Made by a program: the position numbers and the translations under genes
Notes under the pieces: model-generated
What the model saw: the letters and a program-made list of their open reading frames with translations, nothing else
What the model was told of the DNA's origin: nothing
Databases searched by the model: none
Part shown: one piece after another, positions 47,420 through 56,564 of the stretch
Position numbering within the stretch: the stretch's first letter is position 1
Layout: every line of letters begins with the position of its first letter
NCBI GenBank assembly: GCA_944383455.1
Contig: CALWPP010000003.1
Location: 51,652 to 115,651, forward strand
Source: an uncultured Peptostreptococcaceae bacterium
Lineage (GTDB): Bacteria > Bacillota > Clostridia > Peptostreptococcales > Peptostreptococcaceae
Direction: 5' to 3'
DNA: 64,000 nt

Positions 47420-48616
47420 TTAATCTTTTTCAAGTAGTTTTGGTGCTGTTAATTTTATTAGTATACTTCCAAGTGGAGCAGTAAGTAAAACACTAAAAAT
47501 TGCTATAGCTTGCATTATTTCTCCTCCTAATACTCCATTTTGAATTGGTACTGAAGCTTTTGCAGATTGAACTGTGGCCTTTGGAAGATAAGCTATTATA
47601 CAAAATAATTTTTCTTTTTTGTTTAAATTAGTACCTTTAAGAGACATTAATACACCAAAAGACCTTATACTAAGTGAAATAATAAGTAGTAAAAATCCTA
47701 ACACAAAATACTCACCTATTAATTTAGGGTTTATTGCCATACCTACAAATGAAAATAAATATAATTTTCCAACACTCCAAAAAATATTCATATTTTCTTT
47801 TACTATATCTGAATTTTTTGTGTAGTTTTTTATTAAATATCCATAAATCATAACAGATAAAAGAGAGTTAAAAATTTCAAGTTGTATATTTTTTTCAATT
47901 ACTCTTATAAAAATTATAACACAAAAAATAAATAAAAATTTTAATATATTGTTTTTTATTTTGAGTATAGTTTTTTGGCTTAATTTAAATATAATAAAGC
48001 TAATTACTAATGTAAAAATTATTGTTAGTGGAATTAATGCTATTTCTAAGAAAATAGAATTTGAATTATTTTTATATAAAGATAAAAAAGTTGTAAATAA
48101 AGTTATAGAAACTGTATCATCTGCGCTAGCTCCAACTAATAACATTTGTGGAATAGCCTTTTTTTGACCAAATTTTTTATCAATTAACTCAACCATAGAA
48201 GGAACTAATACTGCAGGAGATACAGCAGCTATTATAAATCCTAAAATACCACCTTGAACGAATGTAAAGTCTAGAAGTATCATCGATAAAAAACAAATAG
48301 TAAATCCTTCAAGTGTAGCTGGAATTATACTAAGAAGTACAGCTGGCTTTCCAATACTTTTAATTTGGCTTTTACTAATACCAAGACCACCTATAAATAA
48401 AACACATATAAGGGCAATATCCTTTATTATAGGAGATATATCTAAAATTTCTTTTGGAACCATATTAAAAAATGAAGGACCTATAATCATACCCAAAAAT
48501 ATTATACCTATTAATGAGGGTAGTTTTGTATATTTTTCTACTATATTTCCAAAGAAGCTAGAAAAAACACCAATAATAACAAAAAAAATTATACTTCTAA
48601 AATCTAGTAAACTCAT
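47420..48616 (-). CDS. Cation:proton antiporter (CPA family Na+/H+ exchanger)
   Basis: About 11 TM helices. 'VGASADDTVSI' and other patterns are typical of the Na_H_Exchanger fold. Confidence 0.75.
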   Translation of the reverse strand: MSLLDFRSIIFFVIIGVFSSFFGNIVEKYTKLPSLIGIIFLGMIIGPSFFNMVPKEILDISPIIKDIALICVLFIGGLGISKSQIKSIGKPAVLLSIIPATLEGFTICFLSMILLDFTFVQGGILGFIIAAVSPAVLVPSMVELIDKKFGQKKAIPQMLLVGASADDTVSITLFTTFLSLYKNNSNSIFLEIALIPLTIIFTLVISFIIFKLSQKTILKIKNNILKFLFIFCVIIFIRVIEKNIQLEIFNSLLSVMIYGYLIKNYTKNSDIVKENMNIFWSVGKLYLFSFVGMAINPKLIGEYFVLGFLLLIISLSIRSFGVLMSLKGTNLNKKEKLFCIIAYLPKATVQSAKASVPIQNGVLGGEIMQAIAIFSVLLTAPLGSILIKLTAPKLLEKD

Positions 48617-48756
48617 TTTTATAACTCCTTTTAATGTTTTATAGAAATTTTAGCACGTTTTCATATTGTTTTGTAGATATTATGTAAAATTATATTAATT
48701 GAAAATTTATTGTTTTTAACTTATTATATAATTATATATTTTTTGGAGGTAGTTTT

Positions 48757-49263
48757 ATGGTAGATATGACTTTTGAAGAACTTTTTAATGTAGGGGTTAG
48801 TTTTGAAAGTGCTGTTGGTGAAGGAACGAAAGAAGAAAGAGCAAGGATTCCAAAAAACAACTCAAGAATAATTTTTAATAATGAAGAAATAGAAAAAATA
48901 GTAGGAATTAAAAAAAAATATAACTTTTTAGTATCAGGAGAAATATGGTGTCCTGATTTTCAAATAAATGCACTTGTATTAAAAAGATTTGTAGAATTAA
49001 ATCCAAACTTTGATATGAGTGTTATAACATTAGGTAGAGGACGAAAATTTATATCTAAGCTTCTTAAAATTGAAAAAGAAGATTTTAAAGCTCCAACTAT
49101 TTTGTTTTTAGATGAAAATTTTAATTTAGTAGGAACTTTTATAGAAAGACCAAAAAAAGTACGAGATATGGGTGTTGAAAAGTTTGAAGAAATAAAAGTA
49201 GATTATTACAAAGGAAAATACATAAAAGATACTATAAACGACTTTTTAAATATATTAGTTTAA
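48757..49263 (+). CDS. Thioredoxin-fold protein with a degenerate active site (WCPDF)
   Basis: 'FLVSGEIWCPDFQ' sits at the position of the CxxC motif, so the second Cys is replaced by Phe. 168 aa. Confidence 0.5.
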   Translation: MVDMTFEELFNVGVSFESAVGEGTKEERARIPKNNSRIIFNNEEIEKIVGIKKKYNFLVSGEIWCPDFQINALVLKRFVELNPNFDMSVITLGRGRKFISKLLKIEKEDFKAPTILFLDENFNLVGTFIERPKKVRDMGVEKFEEIKVDYYKGKYIKDTINDFLNILV

Positions 49264-49348
49264 TTATATTATAATGTAATTAAATTAGTAACCAAAGGTT
49301 AAACCTCTTAATAATATGATAAAAAATATATTATTTTGGGGGTTTTTT

Positions 49349-50377
49349 ATGTTTAAAAAAATAATTTCGCTCTTTACAGTTACATCACTTTTTTTAACTG
49401 GTTGTACCAAACTTGATGAAAATACTAAAAAAGAAATGGACAAAATAACTGTCGCAGAGGTTGCTCATTCAGTATTTTACGCACCACAATACGTTTCTAT
49501 AACTAAAGGTTTTTTTGAGGAAGAAGGGATAGAAATTGATATTGTAAATACCTCTGGTGCTGATAAAACTATGTCTGCTTTAATTTCTAATGAAGCTCAA
49601 ATAGGTCTTATGGGTCCTGAAGCTTCTATTTATGTTTATAATAAAGGTATTGATGATTATGTAGTAAATTTTGCACAACTTACTCAAACTGATGGAAGCT
49701 TTATAATTGCCAGAGAAGAAATGAAAGATTTTTCTTTTGAAGATTTAAAAGGAAAGGAGATACTAGGAGGAAGAAAAGGTGGAGTTCCTTTTATGACTCT
49801 TGAATATGTGTTAAAGAAAAATGGCTTGACCATTGGTGAGAATACAGAAAATGGTGAAGTAAACGTTAGAAGTGATATTCAATTCGGTGTAATGGCAGGT
49901 GCATTTGCCGCTGGAGAGGGGGACTTTACAACTGGGTTTGAACCAACAGGAACTAGTATGGAAAAATCTAAAACAGGATATGTGGTGAAATCTATAGGTG
50001 AGGCTGTTGGAGAGGTACCTTATACTACTTACTCTGTAACAAGTAGTTTCTTAAAAGAAAATAAAGATTTAGTACAACGATTTACAAATGCAATTTATAA
50101 AGGTCAATTATGGATAAAAAATGCAACTGATAAAGAAGTTGCTGAAGCTATGAAGCCATTTTTTAATGATATACCTTTAGAAGATTTAATAAGTATTGTA
50201 AAAAGATATAAAAGTATAAATGCTTGGTGTGAAAATCCTATTTTAACAAAAGAAGAATTAAATACACTAACAAATATTATGAAAGAAGCTAATGAACTAG
50301 ATAAAGAGGCTCCTTTTGAAAAAATAGTTGATAATAGCTTTTCTGAAAACTCTATAAAAAATATAAAAGGGGAGTAA
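49349..50377 (+). CDS. ABC transporter substrate-binding lipoprotein (NMT1/THI5-like, NitT/TauT family)
   Basis: Lipobox 'LFLTGC'. 'VAHSVFYAPQYVSITKGFFEEEGIEIDIV' is typical of SsuA/NMT1-type binding proteins. No permease or ATPase is adjacent. Confidence 0.8.
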   Translation: MFKKIISLFTVTSLFLTGCTKLDENTKKEMDKITVAEVAHSVFYAPQYVSITKGFFEEEGIEIDIVNTSGADKTMSALISNEAQIGLMGPEASIYVYNKGIDDYVVNFAQLTQTDGSFIIAREEMKDFSFEDLKGKEILGGRKGGVPFMTLEYVLKKNGLTIGENTENGEVNVRSDIQFGVMAGAFAAGEGDFTTGFEPTGTSMEKSKTGYVVKSIGEAVGEVPYTTYSVTSSFLKENKDLVQRFTNAIYKGQLWIKNATDKEVAEAMKPFFNDIPLEDLISIVKRYKSINAWCENPILTKEELNTLTNIMKEANELDKEAPFEKIVDNSFSENSIKNIKGE

Positions 50378-50385
50378 TACCCCTT

Positions 50386-51123
50386 TTATTTAAGTGCATA
50401 ATCAAATTCATCAAATAAAAGCTTAAACTCTACAATACCCATATAATAAGGTGCTATATCATAAGTTTGAAAATATACTGAAATTCCTTCTTCATCTATA
50501 TAAAATCCTTGTTTGTCAGTTATTTTAAAGTCTTTTTCTGAAAAATAATTACTAGGATTTTTTCTGATTTCGTCTTTTATAAATTTTTGAATTAGCTTTT
50601 TGTAATCAATATTATCTTTGAATAAATCGCATAACTTAAGTTCTTTTTTATTATATAAATCATAATTAAAACTCTTTAAATAACTATTTCCATGGGCACC
50701 ATCAGTAAAACTATATGTAAGTATCGGTATGCTTAAAATATTATTTTTATTGTAAGTTGTATTAAATTTTGAGTAAGCTTCAAATTTATACTTTATAGTC
50801 TTATCTTTTTGGTTTTTATAATCTATTTTGTATTGATTTGACATTGATAAAATTTCGTTATAAAAACTATATATATAATTAAATATATCATTGTTTATAT
50901 CTTCTAGAAATTTTGAATCATAATTTTCCTTTATAACTATTTCTTTATCGATATTTAAAAAAGGGTATTTTATATATGATTTAAAAAAATCTTTATCTTC
51001 ATCAATAATTTTTTCTTCTATGTAAAATAAATTATTTAAGTTATTGCTAGTATTACTTTTAGGTTCAATAGAGTAGGAGTAGTTAGTAATACTTAAAATA
51101 ATTATAAAAAGTAGTATTTTCAT
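50386..51123 (-). CDS. Secreted DUF3298/DUF4163-like protein (RsiV extracellular-domain type)
   Basis: Signal peptide 'MKILLFIIILSITNYSYS'. 'YSFTDGAHGNSY' resembles the GGAHG core of DUF3298. Confidence 0.55.
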   Translation of the reverse strand: MKILLFIIILSITNYSYSIEPKSNTSNNLNNLFYIEEKIIDEDKDFFKSYIKYPFLNIDKEIVIKENYDSKFLEDINNDIFNYIYSFYNEILSMSNQYKIDYKNQKDKTIKYKFEAYSKFNTTYNKNNILSIPILTYSFTDGAHGNSYLKSFNYDLYNKKELKLCDLFKDNIDYKKLIQKFIKDEIRKNPSNYFSEKDFKITDKQGFYIDEEGISVYFQTYDIAPYYMGIVEFKLLFDEFDYALK

Positions 51124-51236
51124 TATTATACGTATCTCCAGTCTAGAGTTTATTAACATAAAGATTAAAAAAGAGTGATGACAAAAGATATAATATAAGA
51201 AATGATATTAATTATCATCTCTTATATTTATGTTTT

Positions 51237-51410
51237 TTATTTATTATAATTATTTATTTTAGTTTCAGCTTTTTTTATGAAATGTTGAATAGTTACTCCT
51301 CCAATAGGGAACACCTCATTCCTAGCAGAAAAGTCGTCAAACTCGCTAGCTATTTCTAATTTAAAGTCTTTTAATGCTCTTTTTGCATTAGTATTTAATT
51401 TTTTGTTCAA
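51237..51410 (-). CDS. Small acid-soluble spore protein, alpha/beta type
   Basis: 'KLEIASEF' and 'IGGVTIQHFIKKAE' correspond to the two conserved SASP blocks (K.EIA.EFG and GG..T...V). AGGAGG RBS 8 nt before TTG 51410. Confidence 0.75.
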   Translation of the reverse strand: MNKKLNTNAKRALKDFKLEIASEFDDFSARNEVFPIGGVTIQHFIKKAETKINNYNK

Positions 51411-51545
51411 TATAAACACCTCCTAAGTTATTATTCTCAATAATTTTGATTAAATACTAAATATGTCCTTAAAATTTTAAACTATTCCTAAAAACAAAAT
51501 TTTAGGAATAGTTATTTTGGTTTTTATATATTTTTTATTAATTAA

Positions 51546-51573
51546 AAAATACCTAGCATATGCTAGGTATTTT
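51546..51573. terminator. Perfect 28-nt palindromic terminator hairpin
   Basis: AAAATACCTAGCATATGCTAGGTATTTT, 35 nt downstream of the selenoprotein gene stop. Confidence 0.75.
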
Positions 51574-51607
51574 AGGTGTATGTTTCATAAAATTAACTTA
51601 TTTTAGT

Positions 51608-51934
51608 TTAGTGTCCGCAACCAGAGCATCCTCCGCCACATCCACCACTTTCATTATTATCTAGTTTACCTGGAACTATTTTAAATCCAAATCCAGTATC
51701 TTCAATAGTTATATCTCCAAATTTTTCATACTCTTCTTTATCCATTATAAAGTGAAGTTCTTCTACTGTGCATTCAGTGTCAGTTTCTCTTTGCTCATCC
51801 AGAGCAATTCCAAATGATGGACCACCTCATCCAACTCCAGCAAAATGTATTCTTATATTTTGTGGTGCTTGAGGATTACCTTTTAAAGCATTTTTTAAGG
51901 TTTCAATAGCTTTTTCTGGTAAATTAACTATCAT
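51608..51934 (-). CDS. HesB/IscA-like protein with in-frame UGA (predicted selenocysteine) and a Cys/Gly-rich tail
   Basis: Manual translation: MIVNLPEKAIETLKNALKGNPQAPQNIRIHFAGVG-U-GGPSFGIALDEQRETDTECTVEELHFIMDKEEYEKFGDITIEDTGFGFKIVPGKLDNNESGGCGGGCSGCGH. TGA at 51829..51827 falls where HesB/IscA proteins carry the first conserved Cys. AAGGAA RBS. Confidence 0.7.
51795..51817 (-). promoter_or_regulatory. Candidate bacterial SECIS hairpin
   Basis: UCAUUUGGA-AUUGC-UCUGGAUGA: a 9-bp stem (3 G-U pairs) starting 10 nt after the UGA, with G and U in the apical loop. Confidence 0.5.
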
Positions 51935-52099
51935 ATCTTTTTCATTCCTTTCTATATATTTGTTTTAATTATACCAATTCATTATGGTTAATAAACATTA
52001 TTATTTTACTCAATGCAATTTTTTTAATTCTTATTTATATAAAACTTAATACCAAGGCGAAATATTTATATTTTTCGCCTAGTATAAGCAGTTATTACT

Positions 52100-52654
52100 T
52101 TAATTAGTAGTTTTATAACTATTTATGAAACTTCTAGGTAATCTATTTATTAAGAAATAAACTATTAAACAAGAAAGAGGTTTATCAATTATATTACTTA
52201 TTATTCTAGGAATAAATGTAGCAGTGAAAATACTCTCTCCAGATTTTATCAGAAAACCTATTAAAAAATCAAATCCCGTTCCACTAAGTCCTCCAAAAAA
52301 TAAAATCGTTATAGGAGTACCTATAAGTGGAGCTATAATAGCCAATAGTACACCACATATTAGTGCAGTTTTTAGAGTAAAGTTACTCTTTTTTACTGTG
52401 TAACCTACAAAAAGACCTATAGCTATATTAACAAGAGCATAAGGTATTTCTGTGGGACCTTTTAATACACCTAAAACCAAATTAGTACATCCTCCGATTA
52501 AAGCTCCATAAAATGGTCCTAAAACTACTGAACCTAAAATAGTTCCTACCGTATCTAAAAATACCATAGGAATACTTAATATAGACATAAACATTCCTAA
52601 TGCTATATTTATGACAACGCATATAGAACTAAAAGTTAATTGTTTTGTTTTCAT
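52100..52654 (-). CDS. ECF-type S-component-like membrane protein (paralog of 31198..31758)
   Basis: About 184 aa with 5-6 TM helices. 'LDTVGTILGSVVLGPFYGALIGG' and 'FFGGLSGTGF' align with the preQ1-regulated paralog. GGGAGGG RBS precedes the ATG at 52654. Confidence 0.65.
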   Translation of the reverse strand: MKTKQLTFSSICVVINIALGMFMSILSIPMVFLDTVGTILGSVVLGPFYGALIGGCTNLVLGVLKGPTEIPYALVNIAIGLFVGYTVKKSNFTLKTALICGVLLAIIAPLIGTPITILFFGGLSGTGFDFLIGFLIKSGESIFTATFIPRIISNIIDKPLSCLIVYFLINRLPRSFINSYKTTN

Positions 52655-52750
52655 AAAACATACCCTCCCAAGCAAATATTTTATAATAACTATTATTTTT
52701 TTGCAATAAATTGTATAATAAACTTATACTATTTTTAAGGATGTGGTTTT

Positions 52751-53305
52751 TTGAAAAGAAACAGAAAGATAGTTGTTCTTTCTCATTGTATAATAAATTG
52801 TAATTCAAAAGTTGAAGGTTTATCGGTTTATGAAGGAGCTCTTGATTTTACAAAAAAACTTATTGATAATGGATTTGGTATAATTCAACTTCCTTGTCCT
52901 GAACTTTTAAATTTTGGATTAAAAAGATGGGGAAACTCCAAAGAACAGTTTAATAATTTAATATATAAAGAAAGATGTAAAGAATTATTAAAACCATATA
53001 TAGTTCAATTTGATTTATATAAAAACTCAGGATATGAAATAAATTCTATAATAGCAATAGATGGAAGTCCTAGCTGTGGGTATAATAAAACTTGTTCATC
53101 ATCTATTTTTAGCAATAAAATATGTGAATACCCTAACTCTATAATAAAAAGAGAAAAAATTTCTTTGATAAACGAAAAAGGAGTTTTTATTGAGGTATTA
53201 TGTGAGATGTTAAAAGAATTTAATCTAGATATAAAAATACTAGGTCTTGATGAAAGTGATTTAGAAAATAGCTCAAAAAAAATACTTAATTATATATTAA
53301 AATAA
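52751..53305 (+). CDS. DUF523 / TudS-related Cys-rich protein (putative [4Fe-4S] desulfidase-like)
   Basis: Three Cys blocks: 'VLSHCIINCNS', 'QLPCPE' and 'DGSPSCGY'. CPE and SPSCG are the DUF523/TudS cluster-ligand motifs. Divergent from the S-component gene. Confidence 0.55.
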   Translation: MKRNRKIVVLSHCIINCNSKVEGLSVYEGALDFTKKLIDNGFGIIQLPCPELLNFGLKRWGNSKEQFNNLIYKERCKELLKPYIVQFDLYKNSGYEINSIIAIDGSPSCGYNKTCSSSIFSNKICEYPNSIIKREKISLINEKGVFIEVLCEMLKEFNLDIKILGLDESDLENSSKKILNYILK

Positions 53306-53316
53306 AGAGAGTAACT

Positions 53317-55005
53317 CTACTCTCTTTCATCAATACAGTTTTTATTTTTTTTCAATTTATAGGTATATACACCTAAAAATACAGTTATTAATATTAAAAT
53401 AAGCATTTGAGATGATGATATATTAAAAGTTGAAATAATAAAATCTAAAAATCCATAAATAGTTTTTAACGAAGCTATAAAATAAAATACTACACCCATA
53501 TAAAACATACAAACTATTTGTTTTATTTTATCGTTTTTAATTTCTTCATAATCTACGGGGTTATAATAAATAATCATTCTTTCTTTAGCATTATTTTTAA
53601 TTTCTTCTAAAATTTCTGGGATTATTTCATAAACCTTAAAGTAATCATCTCTCATTATTCTAACACTTAAAATTATATCTTCTGGTCTTTCTTCTTCCAA
53701 TTCTTCTAACGTTTTAGAGAATAAGTTATCTCTTTTTAAATCACTTATCTCATCTTTTATATTAGATTCATAAAAGCTCATTAACTTTCTTATAGTATAA
53801 CAAATATTATAATTAAAACTTAAGTCATTAAATTGATCATATAAGATTTTTCTTTCTTGAGAAATATCTAAAACTTTTTCAAATAATTCCTCATCAATAG
53901 TATAATAATCATAATATCTAAATTTAAGTGCTTTTATAGATGTTACTATTGGATTTGGATTTTTTATTATTCTATTTTTTATTTTTTCTATCCTATCATT
54001 TTTTACATCATATATATAATCAGCATCTCTTGTTGCATTAGGACCCTTATATAAAAATATTATATCTTTTATCTCATCAACAATCTTTCTATCTTCAACA
54101 AACTCGTTGTATAGTTTTTCTTCTTTATAATTTTTATTAGATAAATCATAAAGCTTTTCTATTTCTTCGTGTTCATATAAAGTATTAGCTTTTTTTGCAA
54201 GTATTCTTGAAAGCTGAAAGTTTCTTTTGTCATATAATTTAAGAGATTTATCATATAAATCAAGTCCAAGTCTTATTTTATCTTTATCATTTCTAATTGT
54301 AAACTTATCAATTTTTTCAAGAGTACTTTTTAAAAGTTTTACATCTTCTTTTATAATACAAATTCTAATTAACGAATCAAAGTGAACTGCGTTTATAGCT
54401 TCACTTTTTGTAGATTTTATTTGAGAATCAAAAAATCTTACTAACTCTCTATAATCTCTCGTATTTTTACATATATCAAGAATTAAATTAACTATACTAT
54501 CATCAAGTGGTTCTTGTTCATATGCAAGTTTTAAGTATTTTAAAGAACTCTTAAAATCTCTTTTCTTGAAAAAAAGCTTAGCAACTTCTTTTTTATATAA
54601 ATAATCATCAGATATTTTAACAAGCCTTAAAGCATACATCAATGATTCTTCTAATTGATAAGTAATGTCAAGTGCTAAAACTAATTTATAGAGATACTCA
54701 TATAATTCATTATTTATTGATAAAATTTCTTTACAACTTTTTATAACATTTTTATAATCTTTTTCTTCCCAAAAATTATTTATTTCTTCTTCTAATTTTT
54801 TTAGTTTCTCCCCATACTCTATTTCAAAATCATATTCCATTCTTTTTTTTGAATCAGATAAAATATCATAAGCCTGTTTTATCTTTTTAAACATATATTC
54901 ATCTTTTTCAGGAGGAAATTCTCTTAGCTTAAGAGCATATGCTCTTTTTATTTCCTTTTCGTCATTATCAATACTTACTCCTAAAATATCGTATAGATTT
55001 TCCAT
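53317..55005 (-). CDS. Membrane-anchored J-like domain protein with a helical-repeat middle region (HPD replaced by PPE)
   Basis: N-terminal 'NLYDILGVSIDNDEKEIKRAYALKLREFPPEKDEYMFKKIKQAYDILSD' is a J-domain fold pattern lacking His-Pro-Asp. About 400 aa of helical repeats follow, then two C-terminal TM helices. Confidence 0.75.
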   Translation of the reverse strand: MENLYDILGVSIDNDEKEIKRAYALKLREFPPEKDEYMFKKIKQAYDILSDSKKRMEYDFEIEYGEKLKKLEEEINNFWEEKDYKNVIKSCKEILSINNELYEYLYKLVLALDITYQLEESLMYALRLVKISDDYLYKKEVAKLFFKKRDFKSSLKYLKLAYEQEPLDDSIVNLILDICKNTRDYRELVRFFDSQIKSTKSEAINAVHFDSLIRICIIKEDVKLLKSTLEKIDKFTIRNDKDKIRLGLDLYDKSLKLYDKRNFQLSRILAKKANTLYEHEEIEKLYDLSNKNYKEEKLYNEFVEDRKIVDEIKDIIFLYKGPNATRDADYIYDVKNDRIEKIKNRIIKNPNPIVTSIKALKFRYYDYYTIDEELFEKVLDISQERKILYDQFNDLSFNYNICYTIRKLMSFYESNIKDEISDLKRDNLFSKTLEELEEERPEDIILSVRIMRDDYFKVYEIIPEILEEIKNNAKERMIIYYNPVDYEEIKNDKIKQIVCMFYMGVVFYFIASLKTIYGFLDFIISTFNISSSQMLILILITVFLGVYTYKLKKNKNCIDERE

Positions 55006-55008
55006 AAT

Positions 55009-56550
55009 CTACTCCTCACTATTATCATTAGTGATATATTTTTTTATATTATTAGTTATATCCTCTATATCTTTGTTAGTTATAATTTGAGTAAATACTT
55101 TTTGTGTACTAATTATTTTTACACCTACTTCTAAAACTCCATTTAAGTTATATCTAAACTCAACTCCTATTTGTTGAACTCCTTTTGGAGCCTGAGGTAT
55201 TCCATCAATAGTAAAACTTGCTATTTTAGTATTATTATAAACAAACTTATCGTACCCTTCATAAACATCTATATCAACACTAGTTTGATTGTCATAACTT
55301 GTTGTATAATAATTTTTACCTCCACAAGGAATACTACTATCAACTGGTATAAGTAGGTCAAAAATATCATCAATTTCTTTATCTCCAATTACTTTTACAA
55401 TACTTGTACCTAAATTATAATTACACTTATCTGTAACTATAAGACCCGTTTTTGAATCTATTTGATTTGATTTGATACCAGCTTGAACTGCGGCACCAAG
55501 AGCAACTGCTTCATCAGGATTTATTCCATCTTTTATTTTGCCAGGAAACATCTTTTTAACTGTATCCTTAACTAAAGGAATTTTGGTTGAACCACCAACA
55601 AGTAAAACTATATCTATATCATTTTTTTCATAATTTGATGCTTTTAAAGCTTCTTCAACAACGTCCTTTGTGCTTATAATTAAATCTCTTATTAATTCTT
55701 CTAAAGTTTTTCTGGTAAAGTATATTTCCATAGATATAGTTTTATTTTTTATGTTAACCAAATCAGATAAATCTATTAAAGTTGATTCAAGAGATGATAA
55801 CTCTTCTTTTGCTTTTTTTGCTACTTTTTTTATGTAACTTTTTACTCTTATTAATTCGTGTTCACTTTCTATATCATTATATAAATTTACTTTTTCCATT
55901 TTATTTATATAACTAACTAAATGATTTTCTATAAGTTCATCAAAATCTTTTCCACCTAATGAATTATTACCTCTACTTGATTTTACTTCAAGTATCCCAC
56001 AAAACATCTCAAGAACTGTAACATCAAATGTACCGCCACCTAAATCATATACTAATATTTTTGATTCTTCATCAATATTTTCAATACCATAAGCCATAGC
56101 AGCAGCTGTTGGTTCATTTATTATCCTTTCAACATAAAGACCAGCAAGTTTTGCAGCTTGTTGTGTTAATTGCCTTTGATAGCTATTAAAGTTAGCAGGA
56201 ACTGTTATTACAGCTTCAGTCACTTTTTCACCTAAAAATTCTTCAGCAGTCTCTTTTAATTTCCTAAGAAGTATTGCTGATAATTCAAGTGGTGTAAATT
56301 GTTCTTCATTTAACTTAATAAACTTATCTTTTTCACCAAGATATCTTTTAAATTCAGTAGTAAAGTTTTTTGAATCGATAATCATATTATTATAGGCAAA
56401 TGTACCCGCTTTTGCTTCATCATTTATTATACCAACAACTGATGGAATTATTTTTTTTGAGAATTCATCTTCTATTATTACAGGTTTACCATCTTTTATA
56501 TAAGCTATTTCTGATGTTGTGGTTCCAAGGTCTATACCTATTATACTCAT
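55009..56550 (-). CDS. Hsp70-family ATPase, short (513 aa, no C-terminal lid), HscC-like
   Basis: 'IGIDLGTTTSEIAY', 'DLGGGTFDVTVLE' and 'VLLVGGSTKIPLV' actin-fold ATPase motifs plus a beta-sandwich SBD. The stop is 3 nt from the J-like gene start. Confidence 0.88.
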   Translation of the reverse strand: MSIIGIDLGTTTSEIAYIKDGKPVIIEDEFSKKIIPSVVGIINDEAKAGTFAYNNMIIDSKNFTTEFKRYLGEKDKFIKLNEEQFTPLELSAILLRKLKETAEEFLGEKVTEAVITVPANFNSYQRQLTQQAAKLAGLYVERIINEPTAAAMAYGIENIDEESKILVYDLGGGTFDVTVLEMFCGILEVKSSRGNNSLGGKDFDELIENHLVSYINKMEKVNLYNDIESEHELIRVKSYIKKVAKKAKEELSSLESTLIDLSDLVNIKNKTISMEIYFTRKTLEELIRDLIISTKDVVEEALKASNYEKNDIDIVLLVGGSTKIPLVKDTVKKMFPGKIKDGINPDEAVALGAAVQAGIKSNQIDSKTGLIVTDKCNYNLGTSIVKVIGDKEIDDIFDLLIPVDSSIPCGGKNYYTTSYDNQTSVDIDVYEGYDKFVYNNTKIASFTIDGIPQAPKGVQQIGVEFRYNLNGVLEVGVKIISTQKVFTQIITNKDIEDITNNIKKYITNDNSEE

Positions 56551-56564
56551 ATATGTTTTCCTTT

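Noticed and set aside
51827-51829. The in-frame TGA in the HesB-like frame read as a pseudogene-inactivating nonsense mutation.
   Set aside because: The frame is otherwise intact on both sides, with an RBS and a terminator. The TGA sits at the conserved Cys position of the family, a hairpin begins 10 nt downstream, and HesB-like selenoproteins are known in anaerobes. Pseudogene status still needs experimental exclusion.
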